DNA of 64,000 nucleotides, taken from the NCBI GenBank assembly GCA_002305355.1, contig DBQS01000014.1, positions 4,720 through 68,719 on the forward strand, in the 5' to 3' direction. Below are positions 34,559 to 44,717 of this stretch, piece after piece. How positions within the stretch are numbered: the stretch's first letter is position 1; each line of letters opens with the position of its first letter. The notes beneath the pieces were generated by a model, which did no database searches, was not told the origin of the DNA, and was given only the letters and a program-made list of their open reading frames with translations. The position numbers and the translations under genes are program-made. This stretch comes from Patescibacteria group bacterium UBA1388 (GTDB taxonomy: Bacteria; Patescibacteriota; Microgenomatia; UBA1400; PJMF01).

Positions 34559-37468
34559 ATGGAAAAATCTATTCCTGAGATAGAGGTGTTGTCATTGGAT
34601 GATGGAACTCAAGTATCTGATGATGAGCCCCAAAAATCTGATGATGAGCCCCAAACATCTGATGATAAGTCCCAAACGTCTGCTTCTCGAGAGGAAATGG
34701 CGTCTGTTGCCAAACTTCAGTTGGGGTGGTGGCAACAATTTGTATCCACGCTCAAAACCTGGTATAACGCGCTGTTAACAAAAGTTGCCAATATGTTTAA
34801 ACTTATCCCCAATCGTGCTCCGTCAAGACGTGCTTCCAGAAGACTAACTCAAGCCCAGCGCAAATTGCTGTGGATGAAGCTGCTTAGGTTTGGTGCGATT
34901 GGTATGTTGGCCGCAGTGGTACTAGGTATGATGGCATTCTTTGCCTTGTTTGTTTATTACTCCAGCCAATTACCTAAACCAGGAGAAATTGTGCGCCGGT
35001 CTGGTTTTAGCACCAAGATTTTTGCACGTAACGGTGAGTTGCTATATGATCTCTACGACCAAGAACGGCGCACTCCTATTAAAATTGATCAGGCTCCGGA
35101 GCATCTCAAGCAAGCCACTATCGCGATTGAAGATAAAGATTTCTACAATCACGAAGGTTTTGACATGCTTACTATTCTGCGGATTCCTTACAATGCGATT
35201 GTGAAGCAGCGGGTGGTTGGTGGCTCTACCCTCACTCAACAGTTGGTCAAAAATGTGTTTTTAACCAATGAACGAAGCGTGACGCGCAAATTTAAAGAAT
35301 TGGTGCTTTCACTCCAAATCGAGCGGACTTTTTCCAAAGATCAAATTTTGGAGATGTACTTAAATGAGGCACCATATGGTGGTACTGCTTGGGGGGTGGG
35401 GACGGCCGCTGAGATGTATTTTGACAAACCTATTCAAGAACTAACAGTGACCGAAGCTGCGATTTTGGCCGGTCTACCTCAGCGGCCGTCAGCATATTCG
35501 CCTTTTACCGGTAAAACTGATGAAGAAGGTGTGCCGTTGTGGAAAGTGAGAACCTTGGGTGTGTTAAGGCGGATGAAGGAAGATGGCTATATTTCAGATT
35601 TAGGATATGAGGAGGCAATTAAGGAGCTTGACCAGATAGTATTCAACACCAGTGGAGTCAATATCGTGGCACCACATTTTGTATTTTATGTCCGTGACTT
35701 GTTGGCAGAGCAATATGGTGAAGATGTAGTTGAAACTGCTGGTTTTAAAGTGACCACTTCTCTTGACTTAGATCTGCAAAAAGAAGCAGAGACGGTAGTT
35801 GCAGAGGAGATTGAGAAAGTGGAAAGTCTAAACATCACGAATGGTGCGGTGGTCGTGATGCAGCCTCAAACTGGTGAAATTATGGTAATGGTGGGTAGCA
35901 AGGATTTCAATAGTGAAGAAATTGATGGTCAATTTAACGTCGCAGTGGATGGTTTGCGACAGCCTGGCTCATCAATCAAGCCAGTCACTTATTTAGCTTT
36001 ATTGCAAAGGGGCTATACACCTTCAAGTATGCTCATGGACGTATCAACAGTTTTTCAAGCTACTGCCAATGATAAACCCTATCAACCTAAGAACTATGAT
36101 GGTATTTTTAGAGGACCAGTGAATGTTCGAAATAGTTTGGGCAGTTCACTCAATGTACCTGCTGTCAAAGCGCTTGCTTTAGTTGGGATCGATAATTTCT
36201 TGGATCAAGCATATAAAATGGGTTTTGTAACTCTTGAACCAACTAGAGAAAATATGCAACGCTTTGGGTTGGCAGTGACTTTGGGAGGTGCTGAAGTTCA
36301 TTTGCTGGATACGGCTACGGCATACAGCTCTTTTGCTAATGGAGGTTATAAGGTTGAACCGGTGGCAATTTTAAAAATTGAAGATCGTGATGGCAGGGTG
36401 ATATATGAACACAAACCTGTCCAGGGAAATCGCGTGATGACTGATGGGGAAGCCTTTTTGATCAACAATATTTTATCTGATAATTCTGCGCGTGCGATGG
36501 CGTTTGGAACAAATTCGCTTTTGAATGTTAATCAGCACGTGGCAGTTAAAACTGGAACAACTAATGACCAGCGTGACAACTGGGCAGTGGGTTGGTCTCA
36601 AGATGTGTTAGTGGGGGCATGGGTAGGAAATAATGACAATAGCGCCATGAAACAAGTTGCTTCTGGTGTTTCTGGTGCGACTCCAATTTGGCGACGCATT
36701 ATACTTGCCGCTCTTGATAGAGATGAATATGGTGCACCGCCCTTTGAAATGCCAGATTCGGTAGAACAAGTGCAAGTAGATGCTATCTCTGGTTATCCAG
36801 CTCATGATGATTTCCCGGCACGGACTGATTTTGCGATCAAGGGTACTCTGCCTGCTTTACCTGATCCAATTCACACCAAGTTAAAATTGTGCCGGGGTGA
36901 AGATAAATTAGCCAATGATGCCAGGGTTGCCGCTGGAGATTATGAGGAAAAAGAATTTGTCGTGATTCGAGTGCAGGATCCGGTTAATCAAGAAGGTAAA
37001 AATTTATGGCAGGATGCTATCAATGAGTGGATTGGTCAAAATGAAGATCGACGCTTTCATCCACCTAATGAGTACTGCGGTGAAGATGATGAAATTTATT
37101 TGAAAATGAAACGACCGGAAAATGAAAAGAAATACGAATATGAAGATATTGAGGTTGAAATTGAGGCTGATTCCAGTGATGGGATTAAGAAAATTGAAGT
37201 GTGGGTAGATGATAAGCTCATGGAAACCATCAATAGTAATCGGTACAAAGGTAAAATTAAGATGCCAGCCGGCCAACATGAAGTTTATGCCAAGGTTGAA
37301 ACGAGAGATGGTCATACAAAGCGCACTGACAAAGTGAAAATTGGTACTGGCGGTGAGGATTGGAAAAAACCAGATCCTACTCCCACTCCAAAACCAACCC
37401 CTTCGCCTACTCCCACCCCTACTCCAACTCCGTCCACTGGTGAAGATCAGGAAGATGAAAACGGTTGA
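34559..37468 (+). CDS. Class A penicillin-binding protein (PBP1A: transglycosylase + transpeptidase) with C-terminal Ig-like domain and Pro/Thr linker
   Basis: It has GT51 motifs (…IEDKDFYNHEGFD…, …RKFKELVLSLQIE…), the transpeptidase 'SSIKP' motif, and the 'KTGTTND' motif. The C-terminus contains 'PTPTPKPTPSPTPTPTPTPS'. The N-terminus is acidic with SDDEPQ repeats. Confidence 0.85.
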   Translation: MEKSIPEIEVLSLDDGTQVSDDEPQKSDDEPQTSDDKSQTSASREEMASVAKLQLGWWQQFVSTLKTWYNALLTKVANMFKLIPNRAPSRRASRRLTQAQRKLLWMKLLRFGAIGMLAAVVLGMMAFFALFVYYSSQLPKPGEIVRRSGFSTKIFARNGELLYDLYDQERRTPIKIDQAPEHLKQATIAIEDKDFYNHEGFDMLTILRIPYNAIVKQRVVGGSTLTQQLVKNVFLTNERSVTRKFKELVLSLQIERTFSKDQILEMYLNEAPYGGTAWGVGTAAEMYFDKPIQELTVTEAAILAGLPQRPSAYSPFTGKTDEEGVPLWKVRTLGVLRRMKEDGYISDLGYEEAIKELDQIVFNTSGVNIVAPHFVFYVRDLLAEQYGEDVVETAGFKVTTSLDLDLQKEAETVVAEEIEKVESLNITNGAVVVMQPQTGEIMVMVGSKDFNSEEIDGQFNVAVDGLRQPGSSIKPVTYLALLQRGYTPSSMLMDVSTVFQATANDKPYQPKNYDGIFRGPVNVRNSLGSSLNVPAVKALALVGIDNFLDQAYKMGFVTLEPTRENMQRFGLAVTLGGAEVHLLDTATAYSSFANGGYKVEPVAILKIEDRDGRVIYEHKPVQGNRVMTDGEAFLINNILSDNSARAMAFGTNSLLNVNQHVAVKTGTTNDQRDNWAVGWSQDVLVGAWVGNNDNSAMKQVASGVSGATPIWRRIILAALDRDEYGAPPFEMPDSVEQVQVDAISGYPAHDDFPARTDFAIKGTLPALPDPIHTKLKLCRGEDKLANDARVAAGDYEEKEFVVIRVQDPVNQEGKNLWQDAINEWIGQNEDRRFHPPNEYCGEDDEIYLKMKRPENEKKYEYEDIEVEIEADSSDGIKKIEVWVDDKLMETINSNRYKGKIKMPAGQHEVYAKVETRDGHTKRTDKVKIGTGGEDWKKPDPTPTPKPTPSPTPTPTPTPSTGEDQEDENG

Positions 37469-37533
37469 TTTTTTACTGATAATCTGACCTGAAAGGTAGC
37501 CGATCTAAAGCTTGAAGTTTGTTTATGAGCAAC

Positions 37534-39006
37534 TTATCCTTTTGACTTTTGGCTGGGACCGAGTAGAAAAATCATGATCACGCTCAGGACCACGCTTAAC
37601 AAACGTCCTGTTTGGAGGGTAAGTAAATAGTGGTCGAGAGCAGCAATAGGTAGCATCATCCAACCTAACATATTTAATTGTTGCCAGCAAATTTTCTTTC
37701 GAAAATTTGCGTAGAGGGCTATTATCCAGCACACCCCGAGAAAACCAGTTTCTGCCAGCCAGAGCAAACCTAGATGGTGAGCAGGCTGGGCAAAGCGGAC
37801 TAACTCTCGACTGGGGAGAGTAGATTTAATTTGGGTAGTAAACAAATTCAGGCCGGTACCGACAAGTGGTTGCTGAATGAAAATTTGCAGTGCCGCGTGA
37901 TTCAACCAAGCGCGACGAGCCAGGGATAAATTTTCTGGATATAATTTGGTGAAAACTGAGACAATGATTGGCATTAGGAAAAATGTAATTAGCAACCAAA
38001 AAGACCGTCGATTAAGAGGCAACCACGATGGTAGATAAAAATGTTTACCGATCGTTGCCCGCAGTTGCTGAAGAGTTTTGACAGTGTGAGAGTAACTGGT
38101 TGATAAAGTTAATTTTTTTAAATAGGGAATCAACATCCAGCTACCAATTGCAAACGTGAGTAAAGCAGACAGACTTTGGGTGATATAAATGATAATTAGC
38201 GTGCAAATGAGTAATACCAATCCAATTAATTTAGCAATTGGCGTTTGTTTAGCTGTTTTCACAAACAGCCATCGCCAGGAGATAAGGGTGTACACAACGA
38301 CAACACCAGCCAAGACATTGGGATGAGCAGTAGTGCCATAAGCTAAGGAGACTTCTCTTCCTCCCAGATTAGCGTGGGCGATGCCATATGGGACTGTTAA
38401 TGACACTTCTCCCAAAAAAGCATATCCCCACACGCTGGACTGTGTCCAAAACTGAATCAGAGCGACTGTGGTTTGGAAGATAATAGTCGCCACCAGTGCC
38501 CACCACACCAGTGAATAACTTGACTCAATTGACCATCGGCTCAAAGATGATATTGGCAGCTTATTGCTAAACAGCAGGTAGTGATTAACGATCAATACCC
38601 AGCCTAACAATATTGCTGTAAGCAAGTGAAGAGTAAACCAGCCACTTATGAGTAGATGAGGAGATAATAGCTGGCGGACAATCAGCAGCAATGACAGCAA
38701 AATTAGTAGTTTTAGTTTAGAGGATGCACCCCATTTTCTTCGAAAAGAACTCCACATTGCGAAATAATAATTGTTGATTGTTGATTGTGATTGTTCAATC
38801 CACCAGAGATAAAATCCTAATCCTATGACTAGCCATACCACCAAATCTGTCAAATATAATTTGGGAAGCAAATAGTCTACCCGGAGGCCAGTGACATATC
38901 CAAAATTTTCAGACAATACAATAAATAAATTGCTCGGTATCAGAAAAATTAAAATTGCGACGCTGATGAGAAAGAAATATCTAACTAGCTTTGCAGCATT
39001 TAGCAT
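37534..39006 (-). CDS. Polytopic membrane protein (about 12 TM), possibly O-antigen ligase/polymerase-like
   Basis: It is highly hydrophobic and rich in W/L/I. No soluble domains are present. The family assignment is tentative. Confidence 0.35.
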   Translation of the reverse strand: MLNAAKLVRYFFLISVAILIFLIPSNLFIVLSENFGYVTGLRVDYLLPKLYLTDLVVWLVIGLGFYLWWIEQSQSTINNYYFAMWSSFRRKWGASSKLKLLILLSLLLIVRQLLSPHLLISGWFTLHLLTAILLGWVLIVNHYLLFSNKLPISSLSRWSIESSYSLVWWALVATIIFQTTVALIQFWTQSSVWGYAFLGEVSLTVPYGIAHANLGGREVSLAYGTTAHPNVLAGVVVVYTLISWRWLFVKTAKQTPIAKLIGLVLLICTLIIIYITQSLSALLTFAIGSWMLIPYLKKLTLSTSYSHTVKTLQQLRATIGKHFYLPSWLPLNRRSFWLLITFFLMPIIVSVFTKLYPENLSLARRAWLNHAALQIFIQQPLVGTGLNLFTTQIKSTLPSRELVRFAQPAHHLGLLWLAETGFLGVCWIIALYANFRKKICWQQLNMLGWMMLPIAALDHYLLTLQTGRLLSVVLSVIMIFLLGPSQKSKG

Positions 39007-40992
39007 TTACAGTGACCCAATTAGTTTGGCCTGAAATTTTTGTGTGATGGTGTCGATTATTTTTTGCCTGATGGGCTGTACTTCAGTTGAAGAAAGTGAA
39101 CGTTGAGGGTCATTAAATGTAATTTCAAAAGTCATGTTATGCTGATAAGTGTCTTTTAATTCGACAGATGTAATTTTTGGATGAAGCGAAATAATGATAT
39201 CGATCACTTTGCCGACCGCAGTTTTAGGTGGCAGCTGAAACGTTAAATCTTCCTTTAACGCTTCACCTTTAGAAATTGGTTGGTAATGAGGGTGAGTCTT
39301 GAGATGTGGCAGTAGTTTTGAAAAATTAATTTCTACCGCAATTCTGCTTTGGGGGAGGATTTTAATTGTTCCAACCAGATTAGTGCCAGAGTCATTGCCG
39401 ATGAGCAGATCGGCTACCAAGTTAGAAGTTTGGTTGATGGTTATTTGGTCAACGAAAAAGCGACTTAAAAGCGCTTCTATTTCTCCCCTCAGTTTACGAT
39501 AAGGCAAATTGCAGACCAACGTCAGGTGAAGTTCTTGTTTTGGTAGCTTGCTGGTTTGAGGGTGATAAACATGAGCCAACTCAAATAGTGCCAGTTGTTT
39601 TTTATCTGAATGTTGATCCATTACTTCCAACAGAGACGGAACCAGACTGCGTCTTAAATAAACTCGATCATCTGTTAAGGGATTGGCTAGTTTGAGATGA
39701 TCAGTGAGTGGGTAGCCCGATTGAGTTGCCAAATCAGCGCTAACCATCGAGTATGTGTAAAGTTCTTGCCAACCCAAGTCGGCGAGCATTTCTTTGACCC
39801 GGTGCTCAATTTCAAATCTCATCTCAGTTGGCCGGTCGGTGGGAATCGGGGTGGCCATCAATTTGCTCGGCAAATTATGATAACCATAGATGCGCGCGAG
39901 CTCTTCGATCACATCGACTGCGAGCGCTAAGTCAGCCCGATAAGTGGGTGGAGTGACAGTTAAGGTTTGATCATCTGGCCACGCAACTTCACAACCAAGA
40001 TCAGTAAGAATGTGATTAATTTGGTTTTTAGGCAAATCTAAGCCGAGGTAGGCATTGATTTTGTGAGTGGTCAGGGTAATTTTTGCTGCCTGAGATAGTT
40101 GAGGAAAATCATCATAGACTGGACTGCCAATTTGCGCGGCGCAGATCTCTTGATAAAGTTGAGTTGCTCTTTTCAAAACATCCTCTGCCAAGTATGGATC
40201 AACCTTCTTTTCCATCAGTTGCGCCGCGACGGTGCGAATGGCATGTGTCATACTCGCAAACCGCACTTTTTGCGCGTCAATTGATTCCATTAGGAGCAGA
40301 ATATTGGTGGTCTGGTCGTTAACTGAAGTATTGGCGGTACCCTTAATTGACGGCAAATCGATGATGTCGCCGGCTGGGTTTTTGAAAACTACTTCACCCC
40401 CAACGGTGATAAAAGATTCACCATCAAGAGTGGTAAATTTCTCACCAGCAGCAGCCTCGGTGATAATGATTTCTCCCCCCTGCTCCATGACTTTGTCATA
40501 GTCAAAGGCGTGACAAGGATGGCCGAGTTCATGAGTGACGTAGTTGGTGATATCAATGGCGGCATCATGGACGTTCATTTCTATTTGTTGTAGTCTGTGA
40601 GCCATCCATTCTGGAGTGGGGTTGCGTTTAATGTTTGTCAAAATCACACACATAGTACGTTTGTTAAGTTGAGGATGATTAGTGATTTTAGGCAGTGGTA
40701 AGGGTGGATCAATGGACGGTTTGATCTCGATGCTCTCAGCAGGCTTAGGTTTTAACTTAGCTGGTACATTGGTCTGTTGTAGAATGACTGTGGCCTCGCG
40801 CGCGATGCCGCGCACAGACATGCTGTCCACCCGATTGGTAGTCACTTCAATGTCGTAGACTTGATCCCCCGCCCGCTCCTCTACTCGTTCCACGGATGGA
40901 CCAGACAATGACAGCAACCGCTGAATATCATCAGGGCTCGCCTCGGTTTCGAGGTGGTCAAGCAGCCAGTCGTGGGGAATCAGAATGTTCAT
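39007..40992 (-). CDS. pheT: Phenylalanyl-tRNA synthetase beta subunit (lacks N-terminal tRNA-binding domain)
   Basis: It has a B3/B4 domain, a B5 domain, and a catalytic-like plus anticodon-binding C-terminus (…VERVEERAGDQVYDIEVTTNRVD…). Confidence 0.85.
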   Translation of the reverse strand: MNILIPHDWLLDHLETEASPDDIQRLLSLSGPSVERVEERAGDQVYDIEVTTNRVDSMSVRGIAREATVILQQTNVPAKLKPKPAESIEIKPSIDPPLPLPKITNHPQLNKRTMCVILTNIKRNPTPEWMAHRLQQIEMNVHDAAIDITNYVTHELGHPCHAFDYDKVMEQGGEIIITEAAAGEKFTTLDGESFITVGGEVVFKNPAGDIIDLPSIKGTANTSVNDQTTNILLLMESIDAQKVRFASMTHAIRTVAAQLMEKKVDPYLAEDVLKRATQLYQEICAAQIGSPVYDDFPQLSQAAKITLTTHKINAYLGLDLPKNQINHILTDLGCEVAWPDDQTLTVTPPTYRADLALAVDVIEELARIYGYHNLPSKLMATPIPTDRPTEMRFEIEHRVKEMLADLGWQELYTYSMVSADLATQSGYPLTDHLKLANPLTDDRVYLRRSLVPSLLEVMDQHSDKKQLALFELAHVYHPQTSKLPKQELHLTLVCNLPYRKLRGEIEALLSRFFVDQITINQTSNLVADLLIGNDSGTNLVGTIKILPQSRIAVEINFSKLLPHLKTHPHYQPISKGEALKEDLTFQLPPKTAVGKVIDIIISLHPKITSVELKDTYQHNMTFEITFNDPQRSLSSTEVQPIRQKIIDTITQKFQAKLIGSL

Positions 40993-41003
40993 ATTGGTTT
41001 TTT

Positions 41004-41420
41004 CTACCCACTAATTAGCGGCATTATCTCTATATTTGGATAAGATAAATACTTATAGATTATAACCAAGACATTAAATGTCAGTGCCCCAAGGATCAGA
41101 ATTAGTAATTCGATAAGGTAATATTTTCTAGAGTGTGAAATTTGCACATTTTTTGAAGCAAGTGATAATACAAATTGGATACTTAATCTAGTGATCATAA
41201 AGATTGAATAAAAGATTACCCAAAAAAATAGACTGGAGACATTACTGTCAAGAGAACCTAGAGCATATTCCCACCGGGTTTGAAAACGATATGGACCACC
41301 AAAAGATCCATAACCCAGATTCCATATGATAATGCTAGTTATAATCCATGATACCAAAACGCTAGTAATAACGACTAATATCTGCAATAGAATGACTATT
41401 CTTTTATGTTGATTGTTCAT
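41004..41420 (-). CDS. Small membrane protein (4 TM) inserted between pheS and pheT
   Basis: 138-aa hydrophobic ORF with no recognisable motif. Confidence 0.4.
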   Translation of the reverse strand: MNNQHKRIVILLQILVVITSVLVSWIITSIIIWNLGYGSFGGPYRFQTRWEYALGSLDSNVSSLFFWVIFYSIFMITRLSIQFVLSLASKNVQISHSRKYYLIELLILILGALTFNVLVIIYKYLSYPNIEIMPLISG

Positions 41421-41429
41421 GTTTCAAAG

Positions 41430-41825
41430 CTATTTTCCGTGCATAAACATTTCTTCGGTTGTATACGGTTCCAAATTTGGATGGGTTAGGTAACACCATT
41501 TCTCGTCCCACTCGAATAATGTTGCGACGCTGATGATGATTGGAATAGCATAAAGAATTAATACCCCAATTAATAATGGTTTTTTAATCGCAACAAATCT
41601 TCTAATAGATCCAAGGTGAAAAATTGTCAAAATAAGTAAATATGCAATCATAAATAAAATTATTCGATCTTGACCACCATTGGTGAACCTACATGATTGA
41701 CATTCATCCATTGGAAAACAGCCAATTAAAGATGTAAATCCCAAAAAATAATCGATAAAAATATATATCAAAGCAACTATGCTAGCAGCAATAATTTTTA
41801 GTAAGGGCTTAATTAGTTTTTTCAT
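41430..41825 (-). CDS. Small membrane protein (about 3 TM, Cys-containing) inserted between pheS and pheT
   Basis: 131-aa hydrophobic ORF that contains 'CFPMDECQSCRF'. Confidence 0.4.
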   Translation of the reverse strand: MKKLIKPLLKIIAASIVALIYIFIDYFLGFTSLIGCFPMDECQSCRFTNGGQDRIILFMIAYLLILTIFHLGSIRRFVAIKKPLLIGVLILYAIPIIISVATLFEWDEKWCYLTHPNLEPYTTEEMFMHGK

Positions 41826-41874
41826 GTTTTTGCAAAGTAATTAATTATCCATGGGTGTGGGATGAGGATGTTCA

Positions 41875-42927
41875 TTAAAACTGCTCCAAAAATCTTAAGT
41901 CGCCGCTGTAAATCAGGCGAATATCATCAATGTTCATGCCTTCTTTGAGCGTGTAAGTACGTTCCACGCCCCAACCAAAGGCAAATCCAGTGTATTTTTC
42001 CGGGTCAATGCCGCCAGCTTTGAGTACGTTCGGATGCACCATGCCGGCGCCTCCCACTTCATGCCAGCCAGACTTACAAAACTTGCATTTCTGCTTGGTG
42101 CCATCCTCGGTCACTACTTGACCAGTACCGCCGCAAATATGGCAAGAAAAATCGACTTCCAAAGATGGTTCAGTGAACTGAAAGTGAAAAGGCCTAATCC
42201 GACTTTTGGTGCCTGGTCCGTAGAATTCTTGGGCAAAGTAATCGAGTGTACCTTTCAAATGTTGGAGAGAAATACCCTTGTCGATCACTAATCCTTCGAA
42301 TTGGTGAAACATCTGGGTATGCGTAGCGTCTTGTTGTCGGCGGTAGCAACGGGCAATGTTGATCATCCTGATGGGTGGTTGTGAATCAAGTCTTTCCATT
42401 TCTCGGACTTGGCCATTTGAAGTATGGGTGGTCAAAACCATTTTGCCTTTTTCTTGATCTTCCGGAGCATCAATAAAGAACGTTTCCCATTCATCACGCG
42501 CCGGATGATTTTTGGGCATGTTCAGACTTTCAAAAACGTACCAATCCCAATCAACTTCTGGATATCTGACTCTAGTAAAACCAATTCGCTCAAAAATGCG
42601 GGTAATTTCGTCCATGGCTTGGGAGATGGGATGCAAATGGCCCACGTGTGGTTTAATGCCAGGTGCAGTCAAGTCGATCCAATCAGCCGCTTCAGGTTGA
42701 GATGTTTCCTGATTGGCGATGTGATTTTCCAAAAAAGTTTTGAACTGATTCAAGAGGATGCCTGCCTGCTTACGCTCGGTTGGATCAATCTGCGTTAATA
42801 CTTGGGCAATTTGATTGAAGTGCCCCTTTTTCCCTAAATACTTGCTCCGCAAACCGCTGCTGATGGTTTCTGAAGCAAGCTGGGTCTTGAGCAGCTTAAT
42901 TTGTTGTTTTAATTCGGCAATGGTCAT
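41875..42927 (-). CDS. pheS: Phenylalanyl-tRNA synthetase alpha subunit
   Basis: It has class II aaRS motifs '…FRPSYFPFTEPS…-like FHFQFTEPSLEVD', 'GWGVERT', and 'ARCYRRQ'. Confidence 0.9.
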   Translation of the reverse strand: MTIAELKQQIKLLKTQLASETISSGLRSKYLGKKGHFNQIAQVLTQIDPTERKQAGILLNQFKTFLENHIANQETSQPEAADWIDLTAPGIKPHVGHLHPISQAMDEITRIFERIGFTRVRYPEVDWDWYVFESLNMPKNHPARDEWETFFIDAPEDQEKGKMVLTTHTSNGQVREMERLDSQPPIRMINIARCYRRQQDATHTQMFHQFEGLVIDKGISLQHLKGTLDYFAQEFYGPGTKSRIRPFHFQFTEPSLEVDFSCHICGGTGQVVTEDGTKQKCKFCKSGWHEVGGAGMVHPNVLKAGGIDPEKYTGFAFGWGVERTYTLKEGMNIDDIRLIYSGDLRFLEQF

Positions 42928-43140
42928 ATTTTAAATTACGGCAAATTTAAACTTAAGCATACTTGAACTTAGACAAACTGTTCATTATTGTACCAGCTTC
43001 TCGGGCTTGATGTTGGTTCGAGATTATCGTTTTCTAAATTGACTAGTTAGTCATTTTGATCGTTTTATAAAGACTAATCAACCGAGATCAGTGCACCATC
43101 AACGTACCATCAGCAAACTTGAGCGGCTTTATTTTTTTAC

Positions 43141-43166
43141 AAAAAATCCCGCCTGGTGGCGGGATG
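43141..43166 (-). terminator. Rho-independent terminator downstream of rplT (CCCGCC-ACCA-GGCGGG + U-run on minus strand)
   Basis: The hairpin 'cccgcctggtggcggg' has an A-run on the plus strand 5' of it, which reads as a T-run on the minus strand. Confidence 0.6.
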
Positions 43167-43196
43167 CTTGTTTGTCACTTATTACTACAAAAATGC

Positions 43197-43547
43197 TTAC
43201 CGCACCGTTGCTACAACTTGCTTAAAAGCATTAAAATCTGAAACGGCAAGTTCGGCGAGTATTTTGCGGTCTAAAGCAACTTTTTTATCATTCAGCTGTT
43301 TGATAAAACGGGAGTACTTCAGATCAGGATCAACCGTCTGTAGAGCGGCATTGATTCTAGTGATCCACAAACGGCGCATGTCACGCTTGCGTAATTTTCG
43401 ACCAATATAAGCATATTGACCAGCATGCAGATTGGCCTCTTTTGCCCTTTTGTACAAACGGCTATTAGTGCCGCGAAAACCCTTGTTTTGTTTCAAAATC
43501 TTCTTGTGACGTTTCCGACGGGTAATTCCGGTATTTACTCTTGGCAT
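43197..43547 (-). CDS. rplT: 50S ribosomal protein L20
   Basis: 'MPRVNTGITRRKRHKKILKQNKGFRG…' is the bL20 signature. Confidence 0.9.
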   Translation of the reverse strand: MPRVNTGITRRKRHKKILKQNKGFRGTNSRLYKRAKEANLHAGQYAYIGRKLRKRDMRRLWITRINAALQTVDPDLKYSRFIKQLNDKKVALDRKILAELAVSDFNAFKQVVATVR

Positions 43548-43576
43548 ATTGCTTTCTCTATCTTATCGAGTCGATT

Positions 43577-43783
43577 TTAAGCGACTCCTACCATTTGCTT
43601 AATTTTTTTAGCGATGGCGCCTTTCATTTCTACTGGAATTCGGTAGGCGCGAATAGCTTTTTTACTTTTTTTGCGGCGTAGATGACGCATGTTTTGTGAA
43701 CGGCGAAGCACTTTACCACTGGCTGTGATTTTAAAGCGTTGGGCAACGCCTTTTCTGGTTTTATGTTTATTTTTTTTGATCAT
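43577..43783 (-). CDS. rpmI: 50S ribosomal protein L35
   Basis: 'MIKKNKHKTRKGVAQRFKITASGKVLRR…' is the bL35 signature. The gene lies between infC and rplT. Confidence 0.85.
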   Translation of the reverse strand: MIKKNKHKTRKGVAQRFKITASGKVLRRSQNMRHLRRKKSKKAIRAYRIPVEMKGAIAKKIKQMVGVA

Positions 43784-44375
43784 CTTGAATTCCCGTTGCG
43801 ACTGTTGATTGTTGTTTTTTTACGTCTTTGCTGCTGACAGGTTGCAGCTGGGCAATTAGTTTTTTACCCAACATTTTTGGTTCCATCTCCAGAGTAGCAA
43901 TTTCTTCAGTGGCGCTCATAACTCTCTGAAACATGTTGAAGCCAAACTCTTTTTTAGTGATTTGTCTGCCTTTAAATTGTAGAGAAAGCCTGACTTTATC
44001 ACCTCTTTTGAGAAAGGATTCCACTTTTTTTAATCTTGAATCAAAGTCGCCATCGCTCATAAAAGGTGTGAAGCGCACTTCTTTAATCTCTTGAGCTTTT
44101 GCTTTTTTTCTACTTTCTCTATCCTTTTGTTGTTGTTGATACTTGTATTTGCTAATGCTGATAATTTTTGCGACCGGTGGTTGCGCCTTGTCGGCAATCA
44201 GCACTAAATCTTTTTCAGCAACTCTTGCTTTTTCAATTGCATCTCTGGTGCTCATTACACCCAACTGGCCACCCTTCTCGTCAAGCACTCTCACTTCAGC
44301 GGCTCTGATTTGATGATTGGCAGTCACCCAAACACGTGTGTTGGAGTGATGCTTCATTGGTCTTTTCCGAATCAC
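43767..44375 (-). CDS. infC: Translation initiation factor IF-3
   Basis: It has 'NHQIRAAEVRVLDEKGGQLGVMSTRDAIEKARVAEKDLVLI' and the C-terminal 'VRLSLQFKGRQITKKEFG'. The infC-rpmI-rplT order is conserved. Confidence 0.9.
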   Translation of the reverse strand: MIRKRPMKHHSNTRVWVTANHQIRAAEVRVLDEKGGQLGVMSTRDAIEKARVAEKDLVLIADKAQPPVAKIISISKYKYQQQQKDRESRKKAKAQEIKEVRFTPFMSDGDFDSRLKKVESFLKRGDKVRLSLQFKGRQITKKEFGFNMFQRVMSATEEIATLEMEPKMLGKKLIAQLQPVSSKDVKKQQSTVATGIQDDQKK

Positions 44376-44592
44376 CAGGTTTTACTCTTTCTAGCAAGTT
44401 CTTTACTTGTTATATCTTTTCTTTCTTGAAGAACTGGTATTGTATCTCTAGTCAGAAAAAAATGCAAAGACAATTACCTAAGACAGGTATTATAACATTT
44501 TGTAGGCTCAGGTCTTGCGGACTTAATTGATTGGATTTCTTACATTTGGTACTTCCCAATAGCTTGAGGTATAATGCAAGCTCTGGATATTG

Positions 44593-44669
44593 GAACTCGT
44601 AGCTCAGTTGGTTAGAGCGCTTCGTTGACATCGAAGAGGTCAGAGGTTCGAGTCCTCTCGAGTTCACCA
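44593..44669 (+). tRNA. tRNA-Val (anticodon GAC)
   Basis: The cloverleaf was folded by hand. The acceptor is GAACTCG/CGAGTTC, the D-arm GCTC-AGTTGGTTA-GAGC, the anticodon stem CTTCG/CGAAG with loop TTGACAT, and the T-arm AGAGG-TTCGAGT-CCTCT. CCA is encoded. Confidence 0.85.
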
Positions 44670-44717
44670 AATTTAAAATTCTTTGTTCTATTCGATTCTA
44701 TTCGAAAAATCAAGGTA

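Noticed and set aside
37523-37732. ORF 37523..37732 (-) overlapping the 3' end of the 37534..39006 membrane-protein gene in another frame
   Set aside because: It is embedded in a longer, compositionally coherent membrane-protein ORF, so it is a frame artefact.
42928-43140. T-box or attenuator leader upstream of pheS
   Set aside because: The minus-strand leader lacks the conserved T-box sequence (AATTAGGGTGGTACCGCG) and a convincing specifier or antiterminator arrangement. There are only loose GGTAC matches.
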